DNA of 64,000 nucleotides from contig JBJLHG010000001.1 in NCBI GenBank assembly GCA_045564455.1, positions 11,754-75,753 of the forward strand, written 5' to 3'. This document shows, piece by piece, positions 42,367-53,151 of the stretch; positions within the stretch are counted from its first letter, which is position 1; each line of letters opens with the position of its first letter. Both the position numbers and the translations under genes were made by a program. The notes below the pieces were generated by a model. That model saw nothing but the letters and a program-made list of their open reading frames with translations, was not told the DNA's origin and did not search any database. The stretch comes from Gammaproteobacteria bacterium. Lineage in GTDB: Bacteria; Pseudomonadota; Gammaproteobacteria; Magnimaribacterales; AG-339-G14.

Positions 42367-43908
42367 TTATTCCAATTTAAATATATTTTTATTTCCTTCT
42401 CTAAAAACATTTCCTCTTGCTCCAATCATTTCTTCGTTGATCATTTTTTGAAGAATGTTCTCATCTCTTGGAGTGTTAGCGATAAATCGAGATCCATCTT
42501 CTAACTTACCTAAAACGATTCCAAACTTTAATTTGTCTCGACCATTGATTATTGTATAAGTTTCAATAACCCCAAGACCTGTTGGAGAGTGATTTAAATT
42601 CTTTATAGCTTTGGAGTCAATTTGTTTTTGAACATTTTTATTATTTGATTCCCAAAACTTATTAATAGGAGGGCTCGTTGAAAAAATATTAACTGCGTGC
42701 TTTGTTAAAAACCAGCTGTTAGCTGTAACCATTCCATAAGTTTTTTTATTTTTTCTAAGCCTTCTAATCATCTCCGTGGTGGAAAACATAGTGTAAGAAT
42801 TTCCAGGACCTCCAAAATAAGGCAAGCCTCCGGTAACAGTTAAATCTCGCTCATCATCCAATGAGATTTTCATCTCTTTCATAGCAATCTGCACAGCAGA
42901 TGGAAAACAGGAGTAAATATCAAAATAACCTATTTCAGAAAGGTTTATACCTGCTTGATTTAGTGATTCTTTAATACAATTTTTAATTGCAGGAGATTCA
43001 TTCAATTTTGGCCTTTTAGAGACATGCCAAATATCATTTAATACACAAGAACCATGTAAGTAGACTCTTTTCTTTTGAGGAATTTTTAATTCATTAGCTT
43101 TTTTTTCTGAAGTCATCACTATAGATGCTCCCATATTTACTCGAATCATTGAATTTAGATACTTGGTGTAAGGAAACCCCACCAATCTATTAGATTTAGT
43201 GACTGTTGCTATTTCTTCCGGTGTTCTGTAAGTTGGAAACCAAGCTCTTTTATTGGTAGAAGCAATTTTTGAAAATTTACTAAATAGTTTACTGCACTCC
43301 ATTAAATGGTGAGACGCACTATGATTGCTTTCATTTCTTATAGATTGAGCAAATAAAGGATACACATTACTTGGAAGATCCATTCCATGTATTTGCTCAT
43401 AAGATGAAAAACCTTCTTTATTATTTCCAACAAATTCAGGAGATCCTCCCGGATCATCTTTCCAATCAAGCTCTAGACCAGATTTTAGCTTTGAGACCAT
43501 AGTTTGCAAAACTTCTCCGCCTGAAATTAATGCGCATTCTACTTCCTTGTTAGTAATTTTCTTTATTAAATCTTCTATTAAAATTTGGGGAGCATTACCG
43601 CCCATAGAAGAATAAACTTCATTTACTTCATTTTTAAAATTTAAAGCTTTCGCTAGGGATTTAGGAAAATTAGAGTAATTAAAATTTAGTTGATTGGTTG
43701 CTGTTGAAAAATCAACTGAAAACCTAGCAACACCTACATAGTCAAAATGATCTTTCAAATCTTCTCTAGTTTCACAATCATTTATAGCTCTTTCAGACGC
43801 ATTTTTAAGCATGGATAAAGGATTAAAGCCGTCTTCTTTAGATCTATCCAATAACTCTCCAACGCCAATTATCACCGGCGCATCATCAGGTATCAAAGTC
43901 TTAGACAT
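42367..43908 (-). CDS. Thiolase-like protein (type-1 thiolase-like with extra C-terminal domain)
   Basis: 513 aa. Thiolase-fold C-terminal half (DIYSCFPSAVQIA, GGLPYFGGPGNSY) plus an additional ~100 aa C-terminal domain. No classic N-terminal Cys-acyl motif is evident. Confidence 0.6.
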   Translation of the reverse strand: MSKTLIPDDAPVIIGVGELLDRSKEDGFNPLSMLKNASERAINDCETREDLKDHFDYVGVARFSVDFSTATNQLNFNYSNFPKSLAKALNFKNEVNEVYSSMGGNAPQILIEDLIKKITNKEVECALISGGEVLQTMVSKLKSGLELDWKDDPGGSPEFVGNNKEGFSSYEQIHGMDLPSNVYPLFAQSIRNESNHSASHHLMECSKLFSKFSKIASTNKRAWFPTYRTPEEIATVTKSNRLVGFPYTKYLNSMIRVNMGASIVMTSEKKANELKIPQKKRVYLHGSCVLNDIWHVSKRPKLNESPAIKNCIKESLNQAGINLSEIGYFDIYSCFPSAVQIAMKEMKISLDDERDLTVTGGLPYFGGPGNSYTMFSTTEMIRRLRKNKKTYGMVTANSWFLTKHAVNIFSTSPPINKFWESNNKNVQKQIDSKAIKNLNHSPTGLGVIETYTIINGRDKLKFGIVLGKLEDGSRFIANTPRDENILQKMINEEMIGARGNVFREGNKNIFKLE

Positions 43909-43993
43909 TATTGATTTATTAAATTAAAAAATAGAAGTAATATTACGTCCTTAAAACTATTTTAATTTAATTTTGGTAATTTAGGAGAATGAA

Positions 43994-44899
43994 ATGTCTA
44001 TAAGTTTTGAAGGTAAAGTCGCAATTGTGACTGGAGCAGGTGGTGGATTAGGAAGATGTCATGCTTTAGATTTAGCTGCAAGAGGAGCAAAAGTAGTAGT
44101 TAACGATTTGGGCGGTAGTGTTGATGGCTCTGGAGAATCTTTATCAGCTGCAGAAAAAGTTGTTGAAGAGATAAAAGCAGCTGGCGGAGAAGCTATGGCC
44201 AATGGAGCGAGTGTTACCGACGTAGCTCAAGTTGAAGCAATGGTTAAAGATACTATGGATGCTTGGGGCAGAATAGATATTTTAGTTAATAATGCTGGGA
44301 TTCTTAGAGATAAAAGCTTTAGTAAAGTATCTGATGAAGATTTTAGGCTTGTACTAGAAGTCCACTTAATGGGAAGTGTGAACTGCTCAAAAGCAGTTTG
44401 GGAAATAATGAAGGAGCAAAACTATGGAAGAATTGTAGTAACTTCATCTTCAAGTGGTCTTTATGGCAATTTCGGACAAACTAACTATGGCGCCGCTAAA
44501 TTAGGTTGTGTTGGCTTAATCAACACTCTTAAATTAGAAGGTGCAAAATATAATATCAAGTGTAATGCTTTGGCACCTGTAGCAGGAACAAGAATGACTG
44601 AAAGTTTGATGCCTGAAGAAGTCCTAGAAAAGCTTCAGCCAGAATTTGTAACACCAGCGGTTACTTATATGGTTTCTGAAGATGCCCCTACGGGCGTAAT
44701 AATGGCTGCAGGAGCAGGAGTTTTCACTAGAGTTATGGTTCATGAAACCATGGGCGTTAACTTAGGAACAGGAGAAGATATGACCGCTGAAAATATTGCT
44801 ACCAATTGGGATAAAATTTCTGATATGACAGATGCAAAACTCTGCACTCAAGGCGGAGAGCAGACAATGAAAATATTCGAGCTTATAGGAAAAAGCTAA
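43994..44899 (+). CDS. Short-chain dehydrogenase, MFE-2 (3-hydroxyacyl-CoA dehydrogenase)-like
   Basis: 301 aa ([10 protein letters not shown]..., [20 protein letters not shown]). Confidence 0.8.
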   Translation: MSISFEGKVAIVTGAGGGLGRCHALDLAARGAKVVVNDLGGSVDGSGESLSAAEKVVEEIKAAGGEAMANGASVTDVAQVEAMVKDTMDAWGRIDILVNNAGILRDKSFSKVSDEDFRLVLEVHLMGSVNCSKAVWEIMKEQNYGRIVVTSSSSGLYGNFGQTNYGAAKLGCVGLINTLKLEGAKYNIKCNALAPVAGTRMTESLMPEEVLEKLQPEFVTPAVTYMVSEDAPTGVIMAAGAGVFTRVMVHETMGVNLGTGEDMTAENIATNWDKISDMTDAKLCTQGGEQTMKIFELIGKS

Positions 44900-45813
44900 G
44901 GTTTTCCGCATCCAGCAATACTAACTTCTGCAGAATAAATAGCTCCTGTTGGGCTTTTTCTGCAGATGTCGGCATCAGAACTATCAGCAACCATAATATA
45001 TAAAGTCTTTCTTTCAGTTCCTCCAAGCATACAGGCATAGGCATTTTTTGGAGTTTTAATTTCGTCTGTTATTTTGCCTCCTTTTTCAATTCTTATTACA
45101 GACGAAGAAGTTGGCGAAGCAACCCAAATTCCATCTTTTTCATCAAGACAAATTCCGTCAGGAACATAAAAATTTGAACCACCTTTTTTTTCTTGCAGAG
45201 TAATACCTATTTTTCTTAAAAATTTCATAATATTTAAAATGATAGGAGAACCAGTTCTTGCCCATAACCTTTTATTTATTAGCAAGCCTTCATCATTAAT
45301 ATCAAAAGCAGTTAACTTGCCTCCTAAAGTTTCTCCTACAATCAAAGTTTTTTCATCTTCTGAAATAACTGATCCATTAGGAAAGCTTAATTCATCTGGA
45401 CCTTTTATTGCTGATCCATCTGCCTTAACAATGATTAAATGAGTCTTTTTAACCTTATCTTGAGCATCCTTCATTCCAAAATTACCTACGTACGCAGTGC
45501 CATTGCTAGAAACAACCATATCATTACAGTTGAATTGGACTAATTCAGAAAGGTCAGCATGAATAGATAGATTCCCATTTGAAAGTTTTAAAATTTTTCT
45601 GTCTATCATAGATACAATTAATAAATCTCCGTTAGGGAGCCAACCTAAACCCGACGGTTGATTAGGAATTTCACAAACTGTTTCTAGATGGTCATCGAGA
45701 TCTAAAGTCATCACTTTAAAGCCTTGCATATCAGAAAACCAAAGTTTGTTTTCATGCCATCTAGGGCCTTCTCCAAAATATATTCCTTCGACCCGCTTAG
45801 TTAAATTTTTCAT
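44896..45813 (-). CDS. SMP-30 / gluconolactonase / LRE-like beta-propeller protein
   Basis: 305 aa ([26 protein letters not shown]...DEKTL.V.ET). Confidence 0.7.
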   Translation of the reverse strand: MKNLTKRVEGIYFGEGPRWHENKLWFSDMQGFKVMTLDLDDHLETVCEIPNQPSGLGWLPNGDLLIVSMIDRKILKLSNGNLSIHADLSELVQFNCNDMVVSSNGTAYVGNFGMKDAQDKVKKTHLIIVKADGSAIKGPDELSFPNGSVISEDEKTLIVGETLGGKLTAFDINDEGLLINKRLWARTGSPIILNIMKFLRKIGITLQEKKGGSNFYVPDGICLDEKDGIWVASPTSSSVIRIEKGGKITDEIKTPKNAYACMLGGTERKTLYIMVADSSDADICRKSPTGAIYSAEVSIAGCGKP

Positions 45814-46583
45814 ATTATGTAGTTTGCCTTTTCTGGATCATCAGTAATGATGCCATCAACTTTAGTTTTTATTAGATTTTTTATCAATGTTTTGTGATTT
45901 ACTGTCCAGGCTAGACAATAAAAGCCTAAAGATTTTATTTCTTTCACTAACGTAACGTCTTTTACAGATCTTATTTGAAGACTGACTCCATATGATTTTG
46001 ATTTTTTTATTATTTTAGTGATTTTATTTAAATTATTATCAAAATCATCTGGTCTAAGATTAAGCGTGGCTTTTATAGAAGGAGCCTTAGCATTAAGTTT
46101 TTTTATTATCTCCGGAGAAAAGCATAAAAAATGACACTGACTAAATTTAATATTTGATTCAATAATTTTAATTAATTTTTTTGGTCTTTGAAGATGATAT
46201 TTTATCTCTATGAATACTTTTTTATTAGTTGGTATATTTGAAAGCACATCTTTTAAAAGAGGAATTTCTTCTTGAATATATTTTTTATCTTTCCATGATC
46301 CAACATCTATTTTTTTTAACTGAGAATGCTTTAAGTTAGATATTTTTAGTTTTTTGTTAGACACCCTGAATAGGTCATCATCATGCGAGCAAACAATCTT
46401 TTTATCTGCAGTTTCTCTAATATCTAGCTCAATACCATCCGAGTTTAACTCCCATGCAAGGTTATAAGCCGCCATAGTATTCTCAGGAGCATTCTTTGAA
46501 GCTCCTCTGTGAGAAATTATTAGAGGTTTTTTAGTCCCAGGTAAGCGCGCCACCAGTTTGGTACTCGATGACCCTAGTCTCAA
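45810..46583 (-). CDS. Glycerophosphodiester phosphodiesterase
   Basis: [15 protein letters not shown] and GIELDIR motifs. The start is either TTG 46583 or GTG 46553. Both overlap the nrdB 3' end. Confidence 0.75.
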   Translation of the reverse strand: MRLGSSSTKLVARLPGTKKPLIISHRGASKNAPENTMAAYNLAWELNSDGIELDIRETADKKIVCSHDDDLFRVSNKKLKISNLKHSQLKKIDVGSWKDKKYIQEEIPLLKDVLSNIPTNKKVFIEIKYHLQRPKKLIKIIESNIKFSQCHFLCFSPEIIKKLNAKAPSIKATLNLRPDDFDNNLNKITKIIKKSKSYGVSLQIRSVKDVTLVKEIKSLGFYCLAWTVNHKTLIKNLIKTKVDGIITDDPEKANYII

Positions 46584-47775
46584 AAAAGTTTTTCTCTTTT
46601 CTTAAATCCATTATTTCTGACATCCAAGGAAAAGGGTTTGTTACGTTTGGAAACTCTTCAGTTAAGCCTATTTGAGTAAGCCTTCTATTTGCTATGAAAT
46701 GAAGATATTCGGTCATCATTTCGGCATTCATTCCGAGAATTCCTGTTGGCATCGTATCTTTCGCATATTCAATCTCCAAAGCAGTACCCTGTAGGATCAT
46801 TTCTGCTGCTTCTTCTTGCATAGCCTGATCCCATAATTGCGGATTTTCTAACTTAATTTGGTTAATCATATCTATTCCAAAATTTACATGCATAGATTCA
46901 TCTCTCAAGATGTATTGAAACTGTTCTGCAGTACCTGTCATTTTATTTCTATTCCCCATTGAAAGAATTTGGGTAAATCCACAGTAAAAGAAAATGCCTT
47001 CAAGGACACAGTAAAAAGCGATTAAATTTCTTAATAAAGTTTTATCTGCTTCCAATGTGCCTGTTTTAAAGTTTTCATCTGATAGAGAATTAGTAAATGG
47101 AAGAGCCCATGCTGCTTTTCTAGCTACTGAAGGAACTTCTCTATACATATTAAATATTTCACCTTCGTCAATGCCCAATGACTCAATGACGTACTGATAA
47201 GCATGGGTATGAATTGCTTCTTCTAAAGCTTGTCTAAGTAAATACTGTCTACACTCAGGATTGGTTATTTGTTTGTAAACCGTTAAAACTATATTGTTTG
47301 CAACAAGAGAATCTGCAGTTGAAAAGAAACCAAGGTTTCTCATAACAATTCTTCTTTCATCTTCTGTGAGACCATCTTTATTTTTCCATAGAGCGATGTC
47401 CGCCGTCATGTTTACTTCTTGTGGCATCCAATGATTTGCGCTTCCATCAAGATATTTCTGCCATGCCCAATCATATTTAAAAGGAACTAGCTGATTAACA
47501 TCAGCTCTACAATTGATCATTTGTTTTTCATCTACACTCACTCTGGCAGATGCTCCCTCCAGATCAGCAAGTCCTGCTTCAGTGTCTAGATCGTCCAAGC
47601 CTGCTAGGGCCTTTTCTTTTCTCTTTGAGCTAGAGGTCGAGTAAGTAGATTCTAGATTAGAATCTTCACTTTCAACTGGCTCTTGGTCTAAGACAGTTTT
47701 TTCAATTACTTTTTCTTGTGTCTGTGAAGTTTTTTTAATATCTTCTTTTTCATCAAAGTCATCCCAAGTCAACAT
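46531..47775 (-). CDS. nrdB: Ribonucleotide reductase class Ia beta subunit (long acidic N-terminal extension, Pseudomonas-type)
   Basis: 414 aa (...[30 protein letters not shown], iron/tyrosyl-radical motifs). Downstream of nrdA. Confidence 0.95.
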   Translation of the reverse strand: MLTWDDFDEKEDIKKTSQTQEKVIEKTVLDQEPVESEDSNLESTYSTSSSKRKEKALAGLDDLDTEAGLADLEGASARVSVDEKQMINCRADVNQLVPFKYDWAWQKYLDGSANHWMPQEVNMTADIALWKNKDGLTEDERRIVMRNLGFFSTADSLVANNIVLTVYKQITNPECRQYLLRQALEEAIHTHAYQYVIESLGIDEGEIFNMYREVPSVARKAAWALPFTNSLSDENFKTGTLEADKTLLRNLIAFYCVLEGIFFYCGFTQILSMGNRNKMTGTAEQFQYILRDESMHVNFGIDMINQIKLENPQLWDQAMQEEAAEMILQGTALEIEYAKDTMPTGILGMNAEMMTEYLHFIANRRLTQIGLTEEFPNVTNPFPWMSEIMDLRKEKNFFETRVIEYQTGGALTWD

Positions 47776-47790
47776 AGTTATTCTCCTTTC

Positions 47791-50604
47791 TTATTGGCAT
47801 GCATCACAATCAGGATCAAGGATAGAGCAAGCAGAAGGGGCTTCCGGAGCTTGCGCTGCTGATTGAACTGCATTGAGTTCTAAATTAGTTATAGTTGATT
47901 TTTCAGAAGTGGTTGCACTTCTAGATCTTAAATAATAGGTTGTTTTTAGGCCTTTAAGCCAAGCCATTCTGTACATTACATCTAATTTTTTTCCATTAGG
48001 ATCAGAAATATAAAGATTTAATGATTGACTTTGATCAATCCATTTTTGTCTTCTACTCGCCGCCTCTATTAACCATTTAGGCTCAACTTCGAATGAAGTA
48101 GCAAAAAGCTTCTTTATTTCATCAGGCACTCTATTTATACCTTCTAGGCTTCCGTTAAGGTTTTTTAGATCATATACCATCACTTCATCCCACATATCAA
48201 TTTCTTTTAAAGCATCTACAAGATGCATGTTAATAACGGTGAATTCTCCTGATAAATTAGATTTAACAAAAAGATTAGAATATGTAGGCTCTATAGATTG
48301 GGTAAGGCCTGTAATATTTGCAATAGTTGCCGTTGGAGCTATAGCCATAACATTAGAATTTCTCATTCCTTGGGTTTTAACAGTTTCTCTAAGAGCTTCC
48401 CAGTCCAACGAAGTTGATCTGTCTACATCTATGTAACCTTCACCTCTTTGCTGTTCAATAATATCTACAGAATCTAGTGGCATAATTCCTTGACTCCACA
48501 AAGAGCCTTCAAAAGAGGAGTAAGCACCTCTTTCAACAGCAAGGTCAGATGAAGATTTAATTGCATAATAACTAATCATTTCCATAGATTTGTCTGCAAA
48601 TGAGACAGCTTCTTCAGTAGCATAAGGAGTTTTTCTTAAATAGAGAGCATCTTGGAATCCCATCAACCCAAGACCTATTGGCCTATGCTTGTTATTTGAG
48701 TTTTTTGCTTGGGGAACGGCATAATAGTTAATATCTATTACGTTATCCAACATTCTTATTGCTGTGGTTACAGTTTCTTCAATTTTCTTTTGGTCTAGTT
48801 CTCCTTTCGAATTAAGATGATTCGGCAAATTGACGGAGCCTAAGTTACATACTGCTATTTCTTCTTCAGAAGTATTAAGAGTTATTTCTGTACATAAATT
48901 AGAAGAATGAATTACTCCCACATGCTGCTGAGGAGATCTTAAGTTACAAGCATCTTTAAACGTAATCCAAGGATGGCCTGTTTCAAAAAGCATAGAAATT
49001 ATTCTTCTCCACAGATCTTCAGCTTCAACTTCTTTGAAAACTTTTATATTTCCTTCTTTTGCTTCTGTTTCGTATTCTTCATATCGTTTTTTAAATGCTA
49101 ATCCAGTAAGATCATGCAGGTCTGGAGTTTCATTAGGAGTAAAAAGAGTCCATTTTTTTCCTTCAAATACTCTTTCCATGAACAAATCAGGAACCCAATT
49201 AGCTGTATTCATATCATGGGTTCTTCTTCTATCATCACCTGTATTCTTTCTTAGCTCTACAAACTCTTCAATATCTAAATGCCAAGTTTCTAAATAAGAA
49301 CAAACAGCTCCTTTCCTTTTTCCGCCTTGATTCACCGCTACTGCAGTATCATTTACTACTTTTAAGAACGGAACCACTCCTTGAGATTTTCCATTTGTCC
49401 CTTTTATATGAGCACCCATTCCTCTAACTGGAGTCCAGTCATTTCCAAGTCCGCCAGCCCATTTTGAAAGCATCGCATTATCTTGGAGTGCTCCATAAAT
49501 TCCATGCAGATCATCAGGGACTGTTGTTAAATAACAAGAAGACAGTTGAGAATGAGGTGTTCCTGCATTAAACAAAGTAGGAGTTGAGCTCATGTAATCA
49601 AAAGACGAAAGTAAATTATAAAACTCTACTGCTCTCTCTTCTCTATTATCTTCAGCAATAGCTAAACCCATGGCTACTCTCATAAAAAATACTTGAGGGA
49701 GTTCGAATCTTACTTCGTCGCTATGAATAAAATATCTGTCATATAGCGTTTGGAGGCCTAAATATGAAAAAAGCATATCTCTTTCTGGTTTTATTTGCTT
49801 TCCAAGGAAGTTTAAATCCATATTGCCTAGTTCTGGATCTATAAGTTCTAAATCTATTCCTTTAGAAATAAATGCTTCGAGAGACGGGGCATATAAATTG
49901 GCCATTTCTGCATGAGTTGCATTATCTTTAACTTTTAAAAAACCTAAAGCTTCTGTTCTTAGGCTGTCTAATAATATCCTTGCAGTAGCATAAGTATAAT
50001 TAGGCTCAACTTCGACGAGAGACCTTGATGACAGAATTAGGGCTTCTCTAATTACTTCTTCCGTCGCACCTTCGTATAGATTCTTTCTTGCCTCCTCAAT
50101 GATCTTATTTGCATCTGTTCCTTCTAGATCTTGGCAAGCTTCTTTAGCTATTAGTTCTGATCTTTCTGAAGGCGCTAATTCGTTTTCTATTTTATGATCA
50201 GGAGATTCTTCTTGACGAAGTTTAGATCTTTCAGCTCTATAAAGCACATAAGCTCTTGCTACTTTAAGTTCTTCTGTTCTCATTAGCGCAAGCTCTACTT
50301 GATCTTGAATCTCTTCTATATGGATTGTTCCGCCTGACGGCATTCTTTTAAAAAAAGTTTCATAGACGCTTTCAGATAAGTTTTTTACTTTTTGCTGAAC
50401 GCTAGAAGAGGCAGCAGCAGCGCTAGTATGAATAGCTAAAAATGCTTTTGTTATCGCAACTTCTATTTTTGATGAGTCAAAATTAACTACAGAACCATTT
50501 CTTTTGATAACTCTTAATTTTCCAGGTTCTATAATTTCTCTAGTTGGAGCCTCTGGGACAGTTTTTTCTGTTGTGCTCGGCTGACTTCTTTTTGTTGCAT
50601 CCAT
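47791..50604 (-). CDS. nrdA: Ribonucleotide reductase class Ia alpha subunit
   Basis: 937 aa with an ATP-cone N-terminus (VIKRNGSVVNFD), active site NLCTEI and a C-terminal CxxC-type tail (CSILDPDCDACQ). Confidence 0.95.
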   Translation of the reverse strand: MDATKRSQPSTTEKTVPEAPTREIIEPGKLRVIKRNGSVVNFDSSKIEVAITKAFLAIHTSAAAASSSVQQKVKNLSESVYETFFKRMPSGGTIHIEEIQDQVELALMRTEELKVARAYVLYRAERSKLRQEESPDHKIENELAPSERSELIAKEACQDLEGTDANKIIEEARKNLYEGATEEVIREALILSSRSLVEVEPNYTYATARILLDSLRTEALGFLKVKDNATHAEMANLYAPSLEAFISKGIDLELIDPELGNMDLNFLGKQIKPERDMLFSYLGLQTLYDRYFIHSDEVRFELPQVFFMRVAMGLAIAEDNREERAVEFYNLLSSFDYMSSTPTLFNAGTPHSQLSSCYLTTVPDDLHGIYGALQDNAMLSKWAGGLGNDWTPVRGMGAHIKGTNGKSQGVVPFLKVVNDTAVAVNQGGKRKGAVCSYLETWHLDIEEFVELRKNTGDDRRRTHDMNTANWVPDLFMERVFEGKKWTLFTPNETPDLHDLTGLAFKKRYEEYETEAKEGNIKVFKEVEAEDLWRRIISMLFETGHPWITFKDACNLRSPQQHVGVIHSSNLCTEITLNTSEEEIAVCNLGSVNLPNHLNSKGELDQKKIEETVTTAIRMLDNVIDINYYAVPQAKNSNNKHRPIGLGLMGFQDALYLRKTPYATEEAVSFADKSMEMISYYAIKSSSDLAVERGAYSSFEGSLWSQGIMPLDSVDIIEQQRGEGYIDVDRSTSLDWEALRETVKTQGMRNSNVMAIAPTATIANITGLTQSIEPTYSNLFVKSNLSGEFTVINMHLVDALKEIDMWDEVMVYDLKNLNGSLEGINRVPDEIKKLFATSFEVEPKWLIEAASRRQKWIDQSQSLNLYISDPNGKKLDVMYRMAWLKGLKTTYYLRSRSATTSEKSTITNLELNAVQSAAQAPEAPSACSILDPDCDACQ

Positions 50605-50641
50605 TTTCTAATAATCTCTCTTGATAATATATTCTCTGAAG

Positions 50642-50688
50642 ACCCTATATCTTGTGTCTTTATTCTTTTTCTATACAAGATAAAGGGT
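50642..50688. promoter_or_regulatory. Candidate tandem NrdR boxes upstream of nrdA
   Basis: ACCCTATATCTTGTGT (50642-50657) matches the remembered acaCwAtATaTwGtgt consensus at 14/16. ATACAAGATAAAGGGT (50673-50688) matches at 12/16. Centres are 31 bp apart. Confidence 0.5.
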
Positions 50689-50765
50689 TTTTAAGTAAAA
50701 ATCAATAGAATAATCTATGAAAATTCAGTGGATTAAGTGTGTATAACTAGATATAAAGACACAAT

Positions 50766-52223
50766 ATGAATAAATATTTTTTATCAATTGATCAGGGCAC
50801 TACTAGTTCAAGAGCTATTCTTTATGATGAAAGAATAAACCAGATTGATTTTATTCAGAAAGAGCTTAGTCAATTTTTTCCTTCACCTGGATATGTAGAA
50901 CATGATGCAAAAGAAATTTGGGATTCCGTCGTCTATTGCATTAAAGAGTTACTATTAAAAAATAATTTATCTCATAAGGACATAATAAGCATAGGAATAA
51001 CTAATCAAAGAGAAACCATTGTAGCTTGGGATAAAAAAACAGGTATCCCAGTTCACAAAGCTCTAGTCTGGCAAGACAGAAGAACTTTTGAATATTGTGC
51101 GCGGTTGAAAGGAGATGGGTTAGAGCCAGAAATAAATAAAAAAACAGGCTTGTTGTTGGATCCATATTTTTCAGCATCGAAGCTTAATTGGTTAATAAAC
51201 AACTTAGATAAAACTAATTTTTCGAACATTTTGTTTGGAACTATTGATTGTTATTTAATTTGGAAGTTAACCGAAGGAAGAAAATATTGTACTGATATAA
51301 CAAATGCAAGTAGAACTTCATTATTTAATATTAATACTTTTGAATGGGATCAAGAATTATTAAAAATTTTTGATGTTGATAATATTGACCTTCCTGAAGT
51401 AAAAGAAAATGCTGATGATTACGGAGAAACGTTATTATTTGGAGGCTCTATAAAAATATCTGGAGTAGCAGGAGATCAACAATCAGCCCTGATAGGTCAA
51501 AATGGTTTTGAATCTGGAGCTATAAAGAGTACTTATGGGACTGGATGTTTCTTAATCTTAAATACAGCTGAGGAGTTAATTAGATCTAAAAATAAGTTGC
51601 TTACAACAATAGGCTTTAAACTAAACTCAAAAGTTTCATATGCGCTAGAAGGAAGCATATTTATGGCTGGATCAACCATTCAATGGCTAAGAGACCAGAT
51701 GGGAATTTTAGATTCTTCAGAAGAATCGGAAAAAAAAGCTTTAAATGCTGATCTAAATTCTGAAGTCTGCCTGATTCCTGCTATGACTGGTTTAGGAGCT
51801 CCGCACTGGTCTCCTGAGGCTAAGGGAGCTATCTTTGGATTAACTATGAACTCTACCTCCAATGAGATAAGTCTCGCAGCACTGGAGGCAGTTGCTTTTC
51901 AGACCAGAGAGTTAGTTAACGCAATGAAAGCTGATGGAGGTAAATTAAGCTCCTTAAAAATAGATGGCGGAATGTCAAAAAACAATTTTTTTAGTCAAAT
52001 CTTAGCCAATACCTTAGATATCAAAATTTGCAGGCCGACAAATATAGAGACAACTGCCATAGGGGCTGCTTATTTAGCGGCATTAGGTTCAGGATATGCT
52101 ACTCAAGAAGAAATAGTTAATTTTTGGAAGATGGACAGAGAGTTTGAGCCTCAAGAAAATTTAGATAAAAAATTTGGAATTTGGCAAAAATATTTGGAGA
52201 GTCTAATTGAGCAAAAAATCTAA
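50766..52223 (+). CDS. glpK: Glycerol kinase
   Basis: 485 aa (IDQGTTSSRAILYD, GITNQRET, GDQQSAL, FGGG-family C-terminus). Confidence 0.95.
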   Translation: MNKYFLSIDQGTTSSRAILYDERINQIDFIQKELSQFFPSPGYVEHDAKEIWDSVVYCIKELLLKNNLSHKDIISIGITNQRETIVAWDKKTGIPVHKALVWQDRRTFEYCARLKGDGLEPEINKKTGLLLDPYFSASKLNWLINNLDKTNFSNILFGTIDCYLIWKLTEGRKYCTDITNASRTSLFNINTFEWDQELLKIFDVDNIDLPEVKENADDYGETLLFGGSIKISGVAGDQQSALIGQNGFESGAIKSTYGTGCFLILNTAEELIRSKNKLLTTIGFKLNSKVSYALEGSIFMAGSTIQWLRDQMGILDSSEESEKKALNADLNSEVCLIPAMTGLGAPHWSPEAKGAIFGLTMNSTSNEISLAALEAVAFQTRELVNAMKADGGKLSSLKIDGGMSKNNFFSQILANTLDIKICRPTNIETTAIGAAYLAALGSGYATQEEIVNFWKMDREFEPQENLDKKFGIWQKYLESLIEQKI

Positions 52224-53096
52224 AATAGCTTCTTGAATATGCATTCTATTTTCTGCTTGTATCCAGACCTTACTAGAAGGATGATCAAGCATGTCATAAG
52301 AAATTTCTTCTCCTCTGTGCGCAGGAAGACAATGCAAGAATATAGAATCCTTTTTCGAAATTTCCATAGATTTTGGATCTACAAAGCAGTCTTTAAAAAG
52401 AATTTCTTTGTCCTTTGATTGGCTGGAAGAATTCATGGATGTCCATACATCTGTAGTAACAATATTTGCTCCGGCAAGAGCACTTTTTTTAGAGTTTGTA
52501 ATGGTAACAAAGTCTTTTGTTAAATCCAGAATTTTTGAGTTTGGTTCATATCCTTTAGGACAAAAAATTGATAACTCAAACCCTAGGATTTGTGCTGCTT
52601 CCATATAAGAATGACATACGTTATTTCCGTCACCTATCCAGCAAACTTTTTCTAAATTTAAATTTCCACTTACTTCTTTAAAAGTCATTAAATCAGCCAT
52701 AATCTGACATGGATGGAAAAGATCGCTTAAACCATTGATGACAGGGACAGAGGAATTATTTGCAAACATTTCCATATTTTCCTGACTATTCGATCTTAAG
52801 ACTATTACATCCAACATTGAAGACATAACTCTTGCAGTATCGGAAATAGGCTCGCCTCTGGATGTTTGAAGCTCGCTACCTGATAAAAAAAGTACGCTTC
52901 CTCCTAATTTTTGCATTCCTGCTTCAAAAGAAATTCTGGTTCTTGTGGAGGGTTTTTCAAAAAACATGCCAAGAGTTTTTCCCTTCATAACTTCTGGAAG
53001 TATTTGCAAGCTCTTAAGTTCTATCCCTCGATCAATAATAGACAATAGTTCTTCTTTCGAAATATCTTTAAAATTTAAAAAATGCTTTGGTGACAT
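52203..53096 (-). CDS. argF: Ornithine carbamoyltransferase
   Basis: 297 aa (FEKPSTRTRISFE, HPCQIMADL, HCLPAHRGEE). Confidence 0.8.
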   Translation of the reverse strand: MSPKHFLNFKDISKEELLSIIDRGIELKSLQILPEVMKGKTLGMFFEKPSTRTRISFEAGMQKLGGSVLFLSGSELQTSRGEPISDTARVMSSMLDVIVLRSNSQENMEMFANNSSVPVINGLSDLFHPCQIMADLMTFKEVSGNLNLEKVCWIGDGNNVCHSYMEAAQILGFELSIFCPKGYEPNSKILDLTKDFVTITNSKKSALAGANIVTTDVWTSMNSSSQSKDKEILFKDCFVDPKSMEISKKDSIFLHCLPAHRGEEISYDMLDHPSSKVWIQAENRMHIQEAILDFLLN

Positions 53097-53151
53097 AAGA
53101 GTTAGGTTATAGAATTGCTGCTCGATAAAAAAATCTATTTAATAATTAAAC

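Noticed and set aside
50717-50746. 9-codon upstream ORF (MKIQWIKCV*) before glpK as a possible leader peptide
   Set aside because: It has no SD-like sequence, no associated attenuator hairpins, and no codon bias relevant to glycerol metabolism. Chance occurrence in AT-rich DNA is likely.
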